Of a DNA stretch of 64,000 nucleotides, positions 1-8,724 are shown one piece after another. The notes below the pieces were generated by a model. It did no database searches and was not told where the DNA came from. It saw only the letters and a program-made list of their open reading frames with translations. The DNA is from a virus. The stretch lies in the IMG/VR virus record IMGVR_UViG_3300029957_000007, positions 58,759 to 122,758 of that record. One strand, given 5' to 3'. Both the position numbers and the translations under genes were made by a program. The number at the start of each line of letters is the position of its first letter. The stretch's first letter is position 1.

Positions 1-2
1 AG

Positions 3-1016
3 AATGGCAGCATTGCGTTGTACTACTACGCTTATGCTCAAGTGCTACAGCCTTCTGTTGAAACGGTGTTGGAGGTTCGAGGCGTTTCAGTTGGCAACAA
101 CCTGACACTGGTCTACAACTACAGTCAGAAGAACATGCGGATCTATTACAACGGCAAGCCAGGCGGTGCTGCTGTTTACATCGATTCGCCGTTGTTGAAT
201 ACGTCTACTTGGAACATCGTGCAGATCAATCACAACGAGAACGGCGTTGGGATCAGCATCAACGGAAGCCTCTACGCTACCAACTCAACAGTTTGGCAAA
301 CTGGAACTGTGAGCCAAGTGAACATCGGTGGTTCAGCTTCCTACTTCCCGATGACGTCAACCAACATCATCGACTCAGTGTTGTTCAGCAATGAGATCAA
401 TGAGGGTTACCCACCTACCCTTGCGACTCCGACGAACACACCAACAATCACAAAGACAAGTACACCAACAGCTACGAACACGTTCACGTTCAGCCCAACA
501 ACTACACCAACACCTACGATCAGCAATACGTTCACGATCTCACCGACGTTCTCTGCGACTTTGACGATCAGTCAAACGATCACGCCAACCAACACACCAA
601 CTGCGACACCGACGATCAGTCAGACAGCAACACCAACAGCGACGCCTTCTTCAACGCCAACAGCTACACCAACACAGATTCCGAGCTACAGCAGCCTTTC
701 GCTTGTGCAGGAATCTGCGATCTTGAACTTCCCAGGGACTGGGACGCAGTACAAGACGCACTTCTCACGTAACATCGTTCAAGTGATCAACGTGTACTTC
801 AGAGATACGACGGTGGCTGGCTATCCGAACATTGGTTCGGACTTGACAGTGGCTGGTCCAGTTGACTCGGTGGATGCATTCACCTACTCAACTCCACATC
901 AAGTCGTGTCATGGGATACCAACAAAAACATGATCTTCAGTTCGAGCGGTGGAAGCGTGATGAACTCATCACACACGTACATCGTCACATTGCAGTACTT
1001 GACTGATAACCGCTAG
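3..1016 (+). CDS. 5'-truncated LamG/concanavalin-like domain protein with Thr/Pro-rich linker (putative virion appendage or surface protein)
   Basis: Frame is open from the window edge. LamG-like strands (WNIVQINHN...ISINGSL...VNIGG...IIDSVLFS) followed by TPT/SPT repeats and a ~100 aa C-terminal domain. Same architecture as 20864-23776. Confidence 0.6.
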   Translation, partial: NGSIALYYYAYAQVLQPSVETVLEVRGVSVGNNLTLVYNYSQKNMRIYYNGKPGGAAVYIDSPLLNTSTWNIVQINHNENGVGISINGSLYATNSTVWQTGTVSQVNIGGSASYFPMTSTNIIDSVLFSNEINEGYPPTLATPTNTPTITKTSTPTATNTFTFSPTTTPTPTISNTFTISPTFSATLTISQTITPTNTPTATPTISQTATPTATPSSTPTATPTQIPSYSSLSLVQESAILNFPGTGTQYKTHFSRNIVQVINVYFRDTTVAGYPNIGSDLTVAGPVDSVDAFTYSTPHQVVSWDTNKNMIFSSSGGSVMNSSHTYIVTLQYLTDNR

Positions 1017-1025
1017 GAGGCTGAC

Positions 1026-1196
1026 ATGACACTCGTTCGCTATGGCGTCAACAAAAGCGTGAAGAAGCCTGATCTTGCGTCAGATCTTCCTAGCACTGCT
1101 AAGAAGCACGTTGCTGAGGTCAAGCAAGCTGAACTGAAAGGAGATAAGCATGGCAAAGCCGCTGAACGACCTGCTGGCGAGCTTCGCAGAGGCTGA
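1026..1196 (+). CDS. Small basic hypothetical protein (56 aa), absent from ORF track
   Basis: AGGAGG 5 nt before ATG 1026; translates MTLVRYGVNKSVKKPDL...GELRRG*; overlaps the start of the next gene. Confidence 0.5.
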   Translation: MTLVRYGVNKSVKKPDLASDLPSTAKKHVAEVKQAELKGDKHGKAAERPAGELRRG

Positions 1197-2922
1197 GCAA
1201 AAAGTCGCTGACATGGCTCCTTCGGTGAACATGCCTCAGAACGATTCGCTGCAGAACACGACTGGGATTGAGGATCATGACGATCAAGATCCCAATCACA
1301 AGATCGAAGAGTTCCGCGAGGATGCGCAGGACGAACCAACCAATCTTCGTCGTAACGACTTAGATGAAGAGATCAAGCTCCTCGAAGCAGCGATCAAGAA
1401 ACTCGCCGCGTACGTCCTGCAGACGAACGACCCGGACGCATTCATGATCTATAGGACAATCAAGCGATTGCTCACAGACATGAAGCTGAAAGAAAAAGCG
1501 GCAGCTGTTGATCTCGAGCAAGGTCGCTACGATCATGAATCACAAGAACGCTATGGCTCGAAGAAGTTTAAGCGAGTTGCTTTCTTCAAGCCTGGGACGA
1601 TGATCGACTTCAAGCACAACGATGAGATCTGGACTGGAACTGTCATTGGTAATGATGGCGTCATGTTGTTGGTTGATCATCCGCCGACAGATGCCGCTGG
1701 GCCAATGAAGGTCGATCCGTACTCAGTTGTCGATCATGGTGAAGAGGATGACGAAGCAGAAGAGGTTCTTGAGTACAACAAGAGGCAGGAACTTTTGGAT
1801 TGGCCTGACCGCGATCATTTGTACGTTGGGTCTCGTCACTTCAATGCTGAAGAACTGTCTGACCTCAATGGCGAAGCTCAAACAGATAAGACGAAGGCTC
1901 CACAGCCAGTTGATATGCGAGCCAACTCACAGCATACACCAACTGATTCGAATCCAAAGGCTTCAATCGGCATGAAGCGAAAAGCTGACATCACAGACAT
2001 GCAAGGACAAGACATCGATGTTCATGACGTTGTTGAGTGGGAAGGAAAACAAGTTGAAGTTGTTGATGTGATGGACAGTGGGAACATCATGATCTCATAC
2101 GACGACAAGCTTGTTGGTGTGCACCCTCAAGAGACAGTGAAAGTCGGCTTCTACAAGAAGTCAGAGAAATTCGTCAAAGCTTCATTGGCCAAGCGATTGG
2201 CCTATGATATTGGCGATGGTGCTGACATCAAAGATAAGGTAGATCAGTTCCGTAACAGCGAGAAGAACGGCTCAGTCAAGACGGCTGAAGAGACGTTCAA
2301 GCACGGTGAAGTCGTCACCGTCGATGGTGAGAAATTCAAGGTCGTTCAGCAAGATCAAAACGGCGATCTCGATCTCATGGCCATTGATGACGACACAGAC
2401 GTCATTACCGTCAATCCAAGTGAAGTCATCAGATCAGCATCAAAGAGGATTGCAATGAAGCGAACTGCGAACGACAAGCTGATGAAGCATGTCGACTTTG
2501 ACGACATTTCCTGCGGTGTGGAATGGCCGAAGGATACAATGCGTCAATACAGCGATGGCTTCAAACAGCACATGAAATGCGATTATGGCTACGTTCGCAA
2601 TTCGCTTGGCGATGATGGCGAAGATCTTGATTGCTACATCGGCGATCCGCAAACGCAGAAAGTACATCGCATCGATCAGTTGGTTCCAGAAACTGGAGAA
2701 CATGACGAGTACAAGTACATGCTTGGATTCCCAGACACCAAAGCTGCTGTCGGCATGTATCTGCAACACATGCCGCTCGAGCATTTTGGTGGGTGTGATG
2801 AACTGAGCATGGATCAATTCAGACACATCGCTCGAACTGGTGATGAGGAACTGCAACAGTACCAAGAACCAGTGAAGGAAGGCGCTGAAGACATTTCCCA
2901 CATGGAAGGCGAAGGAGCTTAG
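1150..2922 (+). CDS. Acidic multidomain protein with SH3/Tudor-like modules and C-terminal inorganic pyrophosphatase-like (InPase) domain
   Basis: DYGYVRNSLGDDGEDLDCYIG...DEYKYMLGF matches the InPase-type motif of phage/plasmid polyvalent proteins. Domains are separated by KRxA linkers. Confidence 0.7.
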   Translation: MAKPLNDLLASFAEAEQKVADMAPSVNMPQNDSLQNTTGIEDHDDQDPNHKIEEFREDAQDEPTNLRRNDLDEEIKLLEAAIKKLAAYVLQTNDPDAFMIYRTIKRLLTDMKLKEKAAAVDLEQGRYDHESQERYGSKKFKRVAFFKPGTMIDFKHNDEIWTGTVIGNDGVMLLVDHPPTDAAGPMKVDPYSVVDHGEEDDEAEEVLEYNKRQELLDWPDRDHLYVGSRHFNAEELSDLNGEAQTDKTKAPQPVDMRANSQHTPTDSNPKASIGMKRKADITDMQGQDIDVHDVVEWEGKQVEVVDVMDSGNIMISYDDKLVGVHPQETVKVGFYKKSEKFVKASLAKRLAYDIGDGADIKDKVDQFRNSEKNGSVKTAEETFKHGEVVTVDGEKFKVVQQDQNGDLDLMAIDDDTDVITVNPSEVIRSASKRIAMKRTANDKLMKHVDFDDISCGVEWPKDTMRQYSDGFKQHMKCDYGYVRNSLGDDGEDLDCYIGDPQTQKVHRIDQLVPETGEHDEYKYMLGFPDTKAAVGMYLQHMPLEHFGGCDELSMDQFRHIARTGDEELQQYQEPVKEGAEDISHMEGEGA

Positions 2923-2923
2923 C

Positions 2924-3895
2924 ATGAAGCGCATTGAAGGTGAAGGTGGTGAAGGACAGAGTTCTCAATCTGTTCCTTATTCTTCTGAACATTGGAAAGA
3001 GCTGAAGGATCGTGGTCTCACTACCTCCACACCTTCGCCTTCGATGCGTCAAACTGACTACAAGCAAGTGAATGCAGGGGATAAGTTCACCAGCTTAATT
3101 GCTGGTGAACTTACCGTTGCTTCAGTCACTGGTGAGATCACACACGTCGCTGACAAGAAAGGTCAGACGTTCATGGTCTCTACGGCGAGATTGAAAGAGC
3201 TCAAAGCCAAGCGTAGAAGCGTGAGCTTTAATATCGGTGTGAATCACGGTATGGTCATGATCTCATCTGAAGACGATCGTGACTCAGACCTGTGGAGATC
3301 AATGTGCGAGATATTCAAACGCAATGGCTACACACCTGACAGCGGCTATACGATGTTCCAGAAGCTTGACACGAACATTGAAGACGAAACTGCAAAGCTG
3401 ATCGCTGAGTTCGAGAAGGAAGGATACAAAGTTCATCAGGATTCTAGCGGTGGATTGAACAGCACTTTCTACATCTACTTCGATTCTGAAGATGCTGAGA
3501 GAGCCGCATCAAAAAGGAAGATCGTTGCAGTAATGAAAGAAAAGACGAAGACGCTGGTCTTCGATTTCGATGGCACTATCACATCGGAAAATACCTTCCC
3601 TGAGATCGCCGATCCTAATGAAGAGATCGTTGCGTACATGGAAGAAGCGAAACAGCTTGGGTTTGAGATCATCATCCATAGCTGCCGAACATCGTCTGAG
3701 CTGAATGATCAGAGCACTGCTGCTGAGCAACTCAAAGCGATGACTGACTACCTTGCACTGCACGATATTCCTTATGATGAGATCTGCACATCAGACAAGC
3801 CATTGGCCGTTGCTTACATCGACGACAAAGGCTGCAATGTGCTGGATGCGCAACGTCTTCGAAGCATCATTCATACTTCAAAGAGGATTCGATGA
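2924..3895 (+). CDS. Multidomain protein with C-terminal HAD-superfamily phosphatase
   Basis: HAD motif I LVFDFDGTI, motif II IIIHSCR, motif III/IV KPLAVAYIDDK; preceded by linker AASKRKIVA. Confidence 0.75.
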   Translation: MKRIEGEGGEGQSSQSVPYSSEHWKELKDRGLTTSTPSPSMRQTDYKQVNAGDKFTSLIAGELTVASVTGEITHVADKKGQTFMVSTARLKELKAKRRSVSFNIGVNHGMVMISSEDDRDSDLWRSMCEIFKRNGYTPDSGYTMFQKLDTNIEDETAKLIAEFEKEGYKVHQDSSGGLNSTFYIYFDSEDAERAASKRKIVAVMKEKTKTLVFDFDGTITSENTFPEIADPNEEIVAYMEEAKQLGFEIIIHSCRTSSELNDQSTAAEQLKAMTDYLALHDIPYDEICTSDKPLAVAYIDDKGCNVLDAQRLRSIIHTSKRIR

Positions 3896-6642
3896 GCAAG
3901 ATCAAGACAACGGCTGATGCCGACAACTTCGATTTGACTGAAGGGATTTTGAACGACGCTCAAGTTGCTGCTTATGGCGAGCATGCGCCGAACAAGATCG
4001 ATCAGCCGAATGATTTTGCTTCGCCAGGAGAAAAAGCTCCTGATGGTTTCACAGCCTCAAGACGAGCTGCTGTGCGAACAAATGCCCCAGAAGAATTCAA
4101 CAATGAAGATGAGCTGATCGACTACTTCACTGATGTCAATCGCACTGGCGATGCGTACATGGTGAGAGCGATCATTGATGGTGCCACCACCTACGTCAAG
4201 TACCAGCGGGATGGCAACGTCATCAAGCGTCAAGCCTCAAAGCGAACTGCTGAGTCCTATCGTGTCACGGTGGAAACTGAGAGCGGCACCGAAGAGAAGA
4301 TCCGTATCCTCGATGCTACTTCAGAGGATGATGCGAAAGAAAAAGCAATGAAGCAATACAACAACTTAAAAGGTGTCATTAGCGTTGAGAAGGTAGCTTT
4401 TAAACGCACTGCTTCAGGCGACTACGAAGTTGGTGACATCTACACCGATGTCAATGGCAACAAGTATACGATCAAGTCTTCAACAGAGGAATCGTCAGTT
4501 GCAGATGAGTATGATGAAGCCTTCTTCAAGGTGGAAGTCAACCAAGCTGTTTTTTATGATGGTCCAAAAGTTGTTGACATGGAGATGAGTGAATCAGCGT
4601 TGGACGATCTTGGCTTGGTTCGAGTCGGTTCAAAGCGCACTGCTTCACGATACAAGGACTGGAATGGCAGAGAATTTGATGTGCTCAATGGCATCGAAGA
4701 TGACGACACAGTCACCGTCAAGTACGTTGATGACGGCAGTGAATCGAATGTCGATGCAAGGTCTCTCGCCAATTCGGTCAAAAAAGGAGACGTCGTGAAA
4801 GTCGCTTCAAAGCGCAAGGCTTCAATCGATAATGACGATGAGAGACAGAAATATCTTGCCTACATCAAGCATAACTTAGTCAGCTCACCGCCAAATGAGA
4901 TCAAGAATGATCTGCGCAAAGATGGCCTCTCAGAAGAAGAGATTAGCGGTCTCTTTGAAGAACTGAGAAACACTGTGACTGGTGCCAAAGGCATTCGTGT
5001 TGGCAAGCTTAAGCGCAAGGCGTCTTTTCAAGTTGGCGATCTTGTGAAGAACAAGATCGGTGAAGAAGGAAAAGTTGTTGAAGGTGATGAAGGCGATGGA
5101 ATGGTTGGTGTTGATTTTGGTGGGCCAATTGAGCTTATCGAAGTCACCGACCTACAGGCGTGGAATCCTTCAGGAACCGAGAACGACGTTGACAGCTTCA
5201 CGGAGAAGGGTACTTACGGTGTCAAGAGCAAGAACGCTCCAGATCCTGAGGACGCTGCTCACTCAACTGATGTGGACTACATCGCTTCAAAGAGAACCGC
5301 TTCAATGTCTGTTGGTGATAAAATCACTGATGGTAATGGAGAAACGTTCATTATCACCGGCTTTGCAGATAATGGTCGTGTGCTGGGTACGATTGATGGA
5401 GAAGAAACAGAATTTACTGAGAAAGAGCTTTATAACAAAGTTCAGAATGGTGAAGCCACTCGAGTTACTGGTTCAAAGCGAACCGCTGCTAAGATCGAAT
5501 GGAACAGTCAAACAATTTGGGCAACTCAAAACCCAGATGATGGCTCATATGAATTCGAATTTGGTGGTAAGGAGTTTTATCTGGAAGGTGACCAAGTCTA
5601 CAGGGCTATAGATGGTTCACCAATTGGCACTGGTAAAGTGATAGAAGCTTCAAAGCGAACAGCTTCATTCAAAGGTCAGCAAGTTGTTGTTGATGCTGAA
5701 GGTTTCAACTACGTCGAAGGTCTTGTTGCTGATGAAGGCACCATTGAAGAGTTGATGCAACGCAACGATGCAGCTGCTGCTCAAGGCGATTCGCTGATCG
5801 ATGATGGTATGGGCTTCGGTGCCGACACGCAAGCAGTGATCATCAACACGGAAGAAGGTGACGTGCTTGTGCCTTCAGAATTTGTGAGACAGCAAGTTGA
5901 ATCTGGCACAGTGGTCGGCCGTCTGTTCAAGAAAGCTGATGAACAACCACAAATTGGCGATACTCTTGTCGATGCTGAAGGTCGCAAAGCTCGTGTTATT
6001 GCATTTGGAGATGATGGGTCAGTGGAAGTTGAAGGGCCAGATGGCGAAACATATCACACTTGGCCAGATGGAGTGAAGATCATTAAACATAAAAATGTTG
6101 TTGATGCATCAACAAAACGCACCGCCAAAGGTTTCGGCATTGGTGACAAAGTGGAATGCGAGCAAGGCTTCGGTGTCGTGAAGGATATCGACTTCGATGG
6201 CGATGGCAATTCAATCTACACCATCTCGCTTGAAGGCGGCGGTGAAGATGATTACCAAGAAGGAATGCTTTCAAAAGCTGCTTTAAAACGTCTTGCTTCA
6301 GATGAATACGATTTTGAAGTCGGTGATCGATTCAGAGACAAAAACGATCTTGAATGGATTGTGATCGAGTCAACTGATAGCAACGATCCAAACGCTGACA
6401 ATCGCATCGGATTGATGGAGCCACTCACTGGCACGAAGATTTATCCTGATGCTGACAGCCTCGAAGCGAAGATCTCTTCTGGTGAGATGGTCAGAACATC
6501 AGCCAAACGTACAGCTGATGAAGCTCATGAAAAAGAAGAGATGGGTGAGGAACAACGCATCAAGAAAGATCTGGAAGAGATCGATGAGATCATCGATCAC
6601 ATGTTCGATGCTGACTCTAAGCAAGTGAAAGGAGTTGAGTGA
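3892..6642 (+). CDS. 916-aa acidic tandem array of small beta-barrel (SH3/KOW/Tudor-like) domains separated by SKRTAS-type linkers; putative internal head protein
   Basis: 12 [KR]RxA linkers plus one variant, spaced 54-93 aa. Many units begin F/Y-x-VGD-x-V/I. Lies in the head gene cluster. Confidence 0.6.
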   Translation: MSKIKTTADADNFDLTEGILNDAQVAAYGEHAPNKIDQPNDFASPGEKAPDGFTASRRAAVRTNAPEEFNNEDELIDYFTDVNRTGDAYMVRAIIDGATTYVKYQRDGNVIKRQASKRTAESYRVTVETESGTEEKIRILDATSEDDAKEKAMKQYNNLKGVISVEKVAFKRTASGDYEVGDIYTDVNGNKYTIKSSTEESSVADEYDEAFFKVEVNQAVFYDGPKVVDMEMSESALDDLGLVRVGSKRTASRYKDWNGREFDVLNGIEDDDTVTVKYVDDGSESNVDARSLANSVKKGDVVKVASKRKASIDNDDERQKYLAYIKHNLVSSPPNEIKNDLRKDGLSEEEISGLFEELRNTVTGAKGIRVGKLKRKASFQVGDLVKNKIGEEGKVVEGDEGDGMVGVDFGGPIELIEVTDLQAWNPSGTENDVDSFTEKGTYGVKSKNAPDPEDAAHSTDVDYIASKRTASMSVGDKITDGNGETFIITGFADNGRVLGTIDGEETEFTEKELYNKVQNGEATRVTGSKRTAAKIEWNSQTIWATQNPDDGSYEFEFGGKEFYLEGDQVYRAIDGSPIGTGKVIEASKRTASFKGQQVVVDAEGFNYVEGLVADEGTIEELMQRNDAAAAQGDSLIDDGMGFGADTQAVIINTEEGDVLVPSEFVRQQVESGTVVGRLFKKADEQPQIGDTLVDAEGRKARVIAFGDDGSVEVEGPDGETYHTWPDGVKIIKHKNVVDASTKRTAKGFGIGDKVECEQGFGVVKDIDFDGDGNSIYTISLEGGGEDDYQEGMLSKAALKRLASDEYDFEVGDRFRDKNDLEWIVIESTDSNDPNADNRIGLMEPLTGTKIYPDADSLEAKISSGEMVRTSAKRTADEAHEKEEMGEEQRIKKDLEEIDEIIDHMFDADSKQVKGVE

Positions 6643-7019
6643 TGAGCTTCACACCATTGAACGTGAAGATCGATGCGACGGTGGTCGTCACACAGGCTAA
6701 CCCATTGAATCCAGCTGTTTCAAAGCCAGTGTACCAAGGTGTTGATTTCTCTGGGTTTGCTGATGCTCAAGCATCAAATGCAGATAACCAAGGGAATCTC
6801 AATATTCCGGCTAACACATCTGCGAATGTTCCACTTCCGGCAGGTACTACGAACTCCAAGTTCCTGTTCTATCGCTTCAACAACCCAGTGAATCTGTCTG
6901 GACTTGTGAGTGCGCAGAACACGAGATACGGGATTTTGGAGATCACATCGGCTGTTGCACTGACTGTTGCCGCAGGAATCAACGACACACAAGGCTTCGT
7001 GATGATCTTAGGAGCCTAA
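6642..7019 (+). CDS. Hypothetical beta-rich (likely virion structural) protein
   Basis: TGATG overlap with upstream gene, GGAG RBS, small-residue beta-rich composition. Confidence 0.45.
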   Translation: MSFTPLNVKIDATVVVTQANPLNPAVSKPVYQGVDFSGFADAQASNADNQGNLNIPANTSANVPLPAGTTNSKFLFYRFNNPVNLSGLVSAQNTRYGILEITSAVALTVAAGINDTQGFVMILGA

Positions 7020-7709
7020 ATGAAAGTTCAGACAAAGAAAGCTTTTATGACGATCATCCTCGCTTTGGTGCTCATGAATCTCACAACAGTATGCGTTATA
7101 CTTGTTGTGCTTGATCGGAACACCAAAGCGCTGGAAGATGCAAAGGCTGAAGAAGTACTTGCACGAATTGGGGACAATAGGATGTTAAGGGCACGGAGTA
7201 ACTTTGAACTGCCGGGCTTTACACCTACCCACCTCGAACGTGTCACGAGGAACGCTGACACGATGGGAATACCGTGGTGGGTACCAGCCGGTATTGCAAA
7301 GCACGAAAATGGAGGTGACACGCTCGAGGTTGGGATGCAAATCATCCCAATGAACATCCGCATGAACACTCCAGTAATGGAGTGGCAGTACGTTGCACTC
7401 ATGCGAATGCTCAACCAACAGGCGTGGAGAGTGATACTCTCTGACCCTGAACTTCTGCCGAAGGTCCTCATACCTTTCGCTCAGAACTACAAATCGTCTG
7501 ACCCTCAACTGTGGCTGAAGCAAACCAACAATGCAATGATCGACTTCAGAAGCAGAGAGGAGATCTCGAAAGTAGCACATGACACGGTGGTGTCTGATCC
7601 ACCTTCACCTTCGAAGTTGAAGAAAAAGAAACCTTCGACTAAGAAGTTTCACAGGAAGTTTAGGATCAACCCTAAACTCAAACGAACACAAGGAGAAAAC
7701 AAACAATGA
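7020..7709 (+). CDS. N-terminally membrane-anchored protein, possible lytic transglycosylase-like domain
   Basis: Hydrophobic helix at aa ~8-31; GIAKHENGG...GMQII loosely resembles SLT motifs I (catalytic Glu) and II (GLMQ); basic C-terminal tail. Confidence 0.35.
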   Translation: MKVQTKKAFMTIILALVLMNLTTVCVILVVLDRNTKALEDAKAEEVLARIGDNRMLRARSNFELPGFTPTHLERVTRNADTMGIPWWVPAGIAKHENGGDTLEVGMQIIPMNIRMNTPVMEWQYVALMRMLNQQAWRVILSDPELLPKVLIPFAQNYKSSDPQLWLKQTNNAMIDFRSREEISKVAHDTVVSDPPSPSKLKKKKPSTKKFHRKFRINPKLKRTQGENKQ

Positions 7710-8263
7710 AGAAGATTCTGCTGGCTTTGCTGATCGCCGCTACCACAACCTTCGCTACCACCTCGTTGAAGGCCGATCAGGCCGTGACGACTGCCGCTGC
7801 CGTGGCTCCTGCCTCGGATCAGGTGCAGTTGGACGGCGCCAAGTTCGTCGATGGCAATTGGTTCCAGATCGCTGGGTTCACCGGCGATGTGTCGAACTAC
7901 GGTGGCCCTGGTGACAGCACCATCACCGACCTGAAGAAGCAGCTGGACGACTATGCTGCTGCCAAGGCCAAGGCCGAGGGTGACGACAGCGACATCGCGA
8001 GCCGTGAGGATTGCGAGAAGTTGGCTGTTCGCTCAGCTGTTCGTGGCCAGTACGCCCTGGAAGTCGGTCGACTGTACGCCAAGGCTGGTGACACCGTCAA
8101 GGCGAAGGCTGCTTGGCTGCGAGCCTTGGCCTGGGGCAAGACCGCAGTGAAGGCGACCTACGACACCGACAACGATGTGGAGAACGGCAAGATCGCTGAT
8201 AACCAGAAGACCGGCGAGTTCGTGGTGAACACCGCCAAGCGTTGGTTGAAGAAGATCAAGTAA
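7706..8263 (+). CDS. Secreted protein with Sec signal peptide, helical/TPR-like C-terminal part
   Basis: MKKILLALLIAATTTFATTSLKA signal peptide; strong AAGGAG RBS; GC3-rich codons like the capsid gene. Confidence 0.6.
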   Translation: MKKILLALLIAATTTFATTSLKADQAVTTAAAVAPASDQVQLDGAKFVDGNWFQIAGFTGDVSNYGGPGDSTITDLKKQLDDYAAAKAKAEGDDSDIASREDCEKLAVRSAVRGQYALEVGRLYAKAGDTVKAKAAWLRALAWGKTAVKATYDTDNDVENGKIADNQKTGEFVVNTAKRWLKKIK

Positions 8264-8275
8264 AAGGGACCTAAA

Positions 8276-8338
8276 AGTCACCTCAGGGATCCATCTCGTA
8301 CCCCACAGGTTGGTCCCTGAGGCACCATTTAAGTGACT
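8276..8338 (+). promoter_or_regulatory. Nested intergenic stem-loop upstream of the head morphogenesis genes
   Basis: CCTCAGGGA 8281-8289 pairs with TCCCTGAGG 8314-8322; AGTCAC 8276-8281 pairs with GTGACT 8333-8338. Confidence 0.5.
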
Positions 8339-8371
8339 GTGCATAATCAAACGGACTGACCGAGGAGCATC

Positions 8372-8710
8372 ATGCCTGACATAGCGATCACATGTGATGG
8401 TGAAGAGGTAAACATCACTCGACTTGATAAAGCATTCGGCTTCAATACTCTCACTGATCTCGTGGAACATGCTTCTGGTGAGGAACTAAGCTACACTCCA
8501 GAACTTTACGAGAACGGTGAAAGGCTCACCATCAAATGCTTCACATTGGAAGATGCTCAAAGGTTAACGAAGCGAATCCAGTCGGAAGTGCCGAACCACA
8601 TCATTGGAAGTGCTGTTGAAAAGACAGAGATCAAGAAAGAGGATGCCAATCCTCCGGATGACGATGAAGGTCCGAAGGAAGAGCTTCCAAAGGACGAGAT
8701 CCAGTCCTAA
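8372..8710 (+). CDS. Small acidic hypothetical protein
   Basis: GAGGAG RBS, 112 aa ORF directly upstream of the protease gene. Confidence 0.65.
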   Translation: MPDIAITCDGEEVNITRLDKAFGFNTLTDLVEHASGEELSYTPELYENGERLTIKCFTLEDAQRLTKRIQSEVPNHIIGSAVEKTEIKKEDANPPDDDEGPKEELPKDEIQS

Positions 8711-8724
8711 ACACGGAGGAAGGC

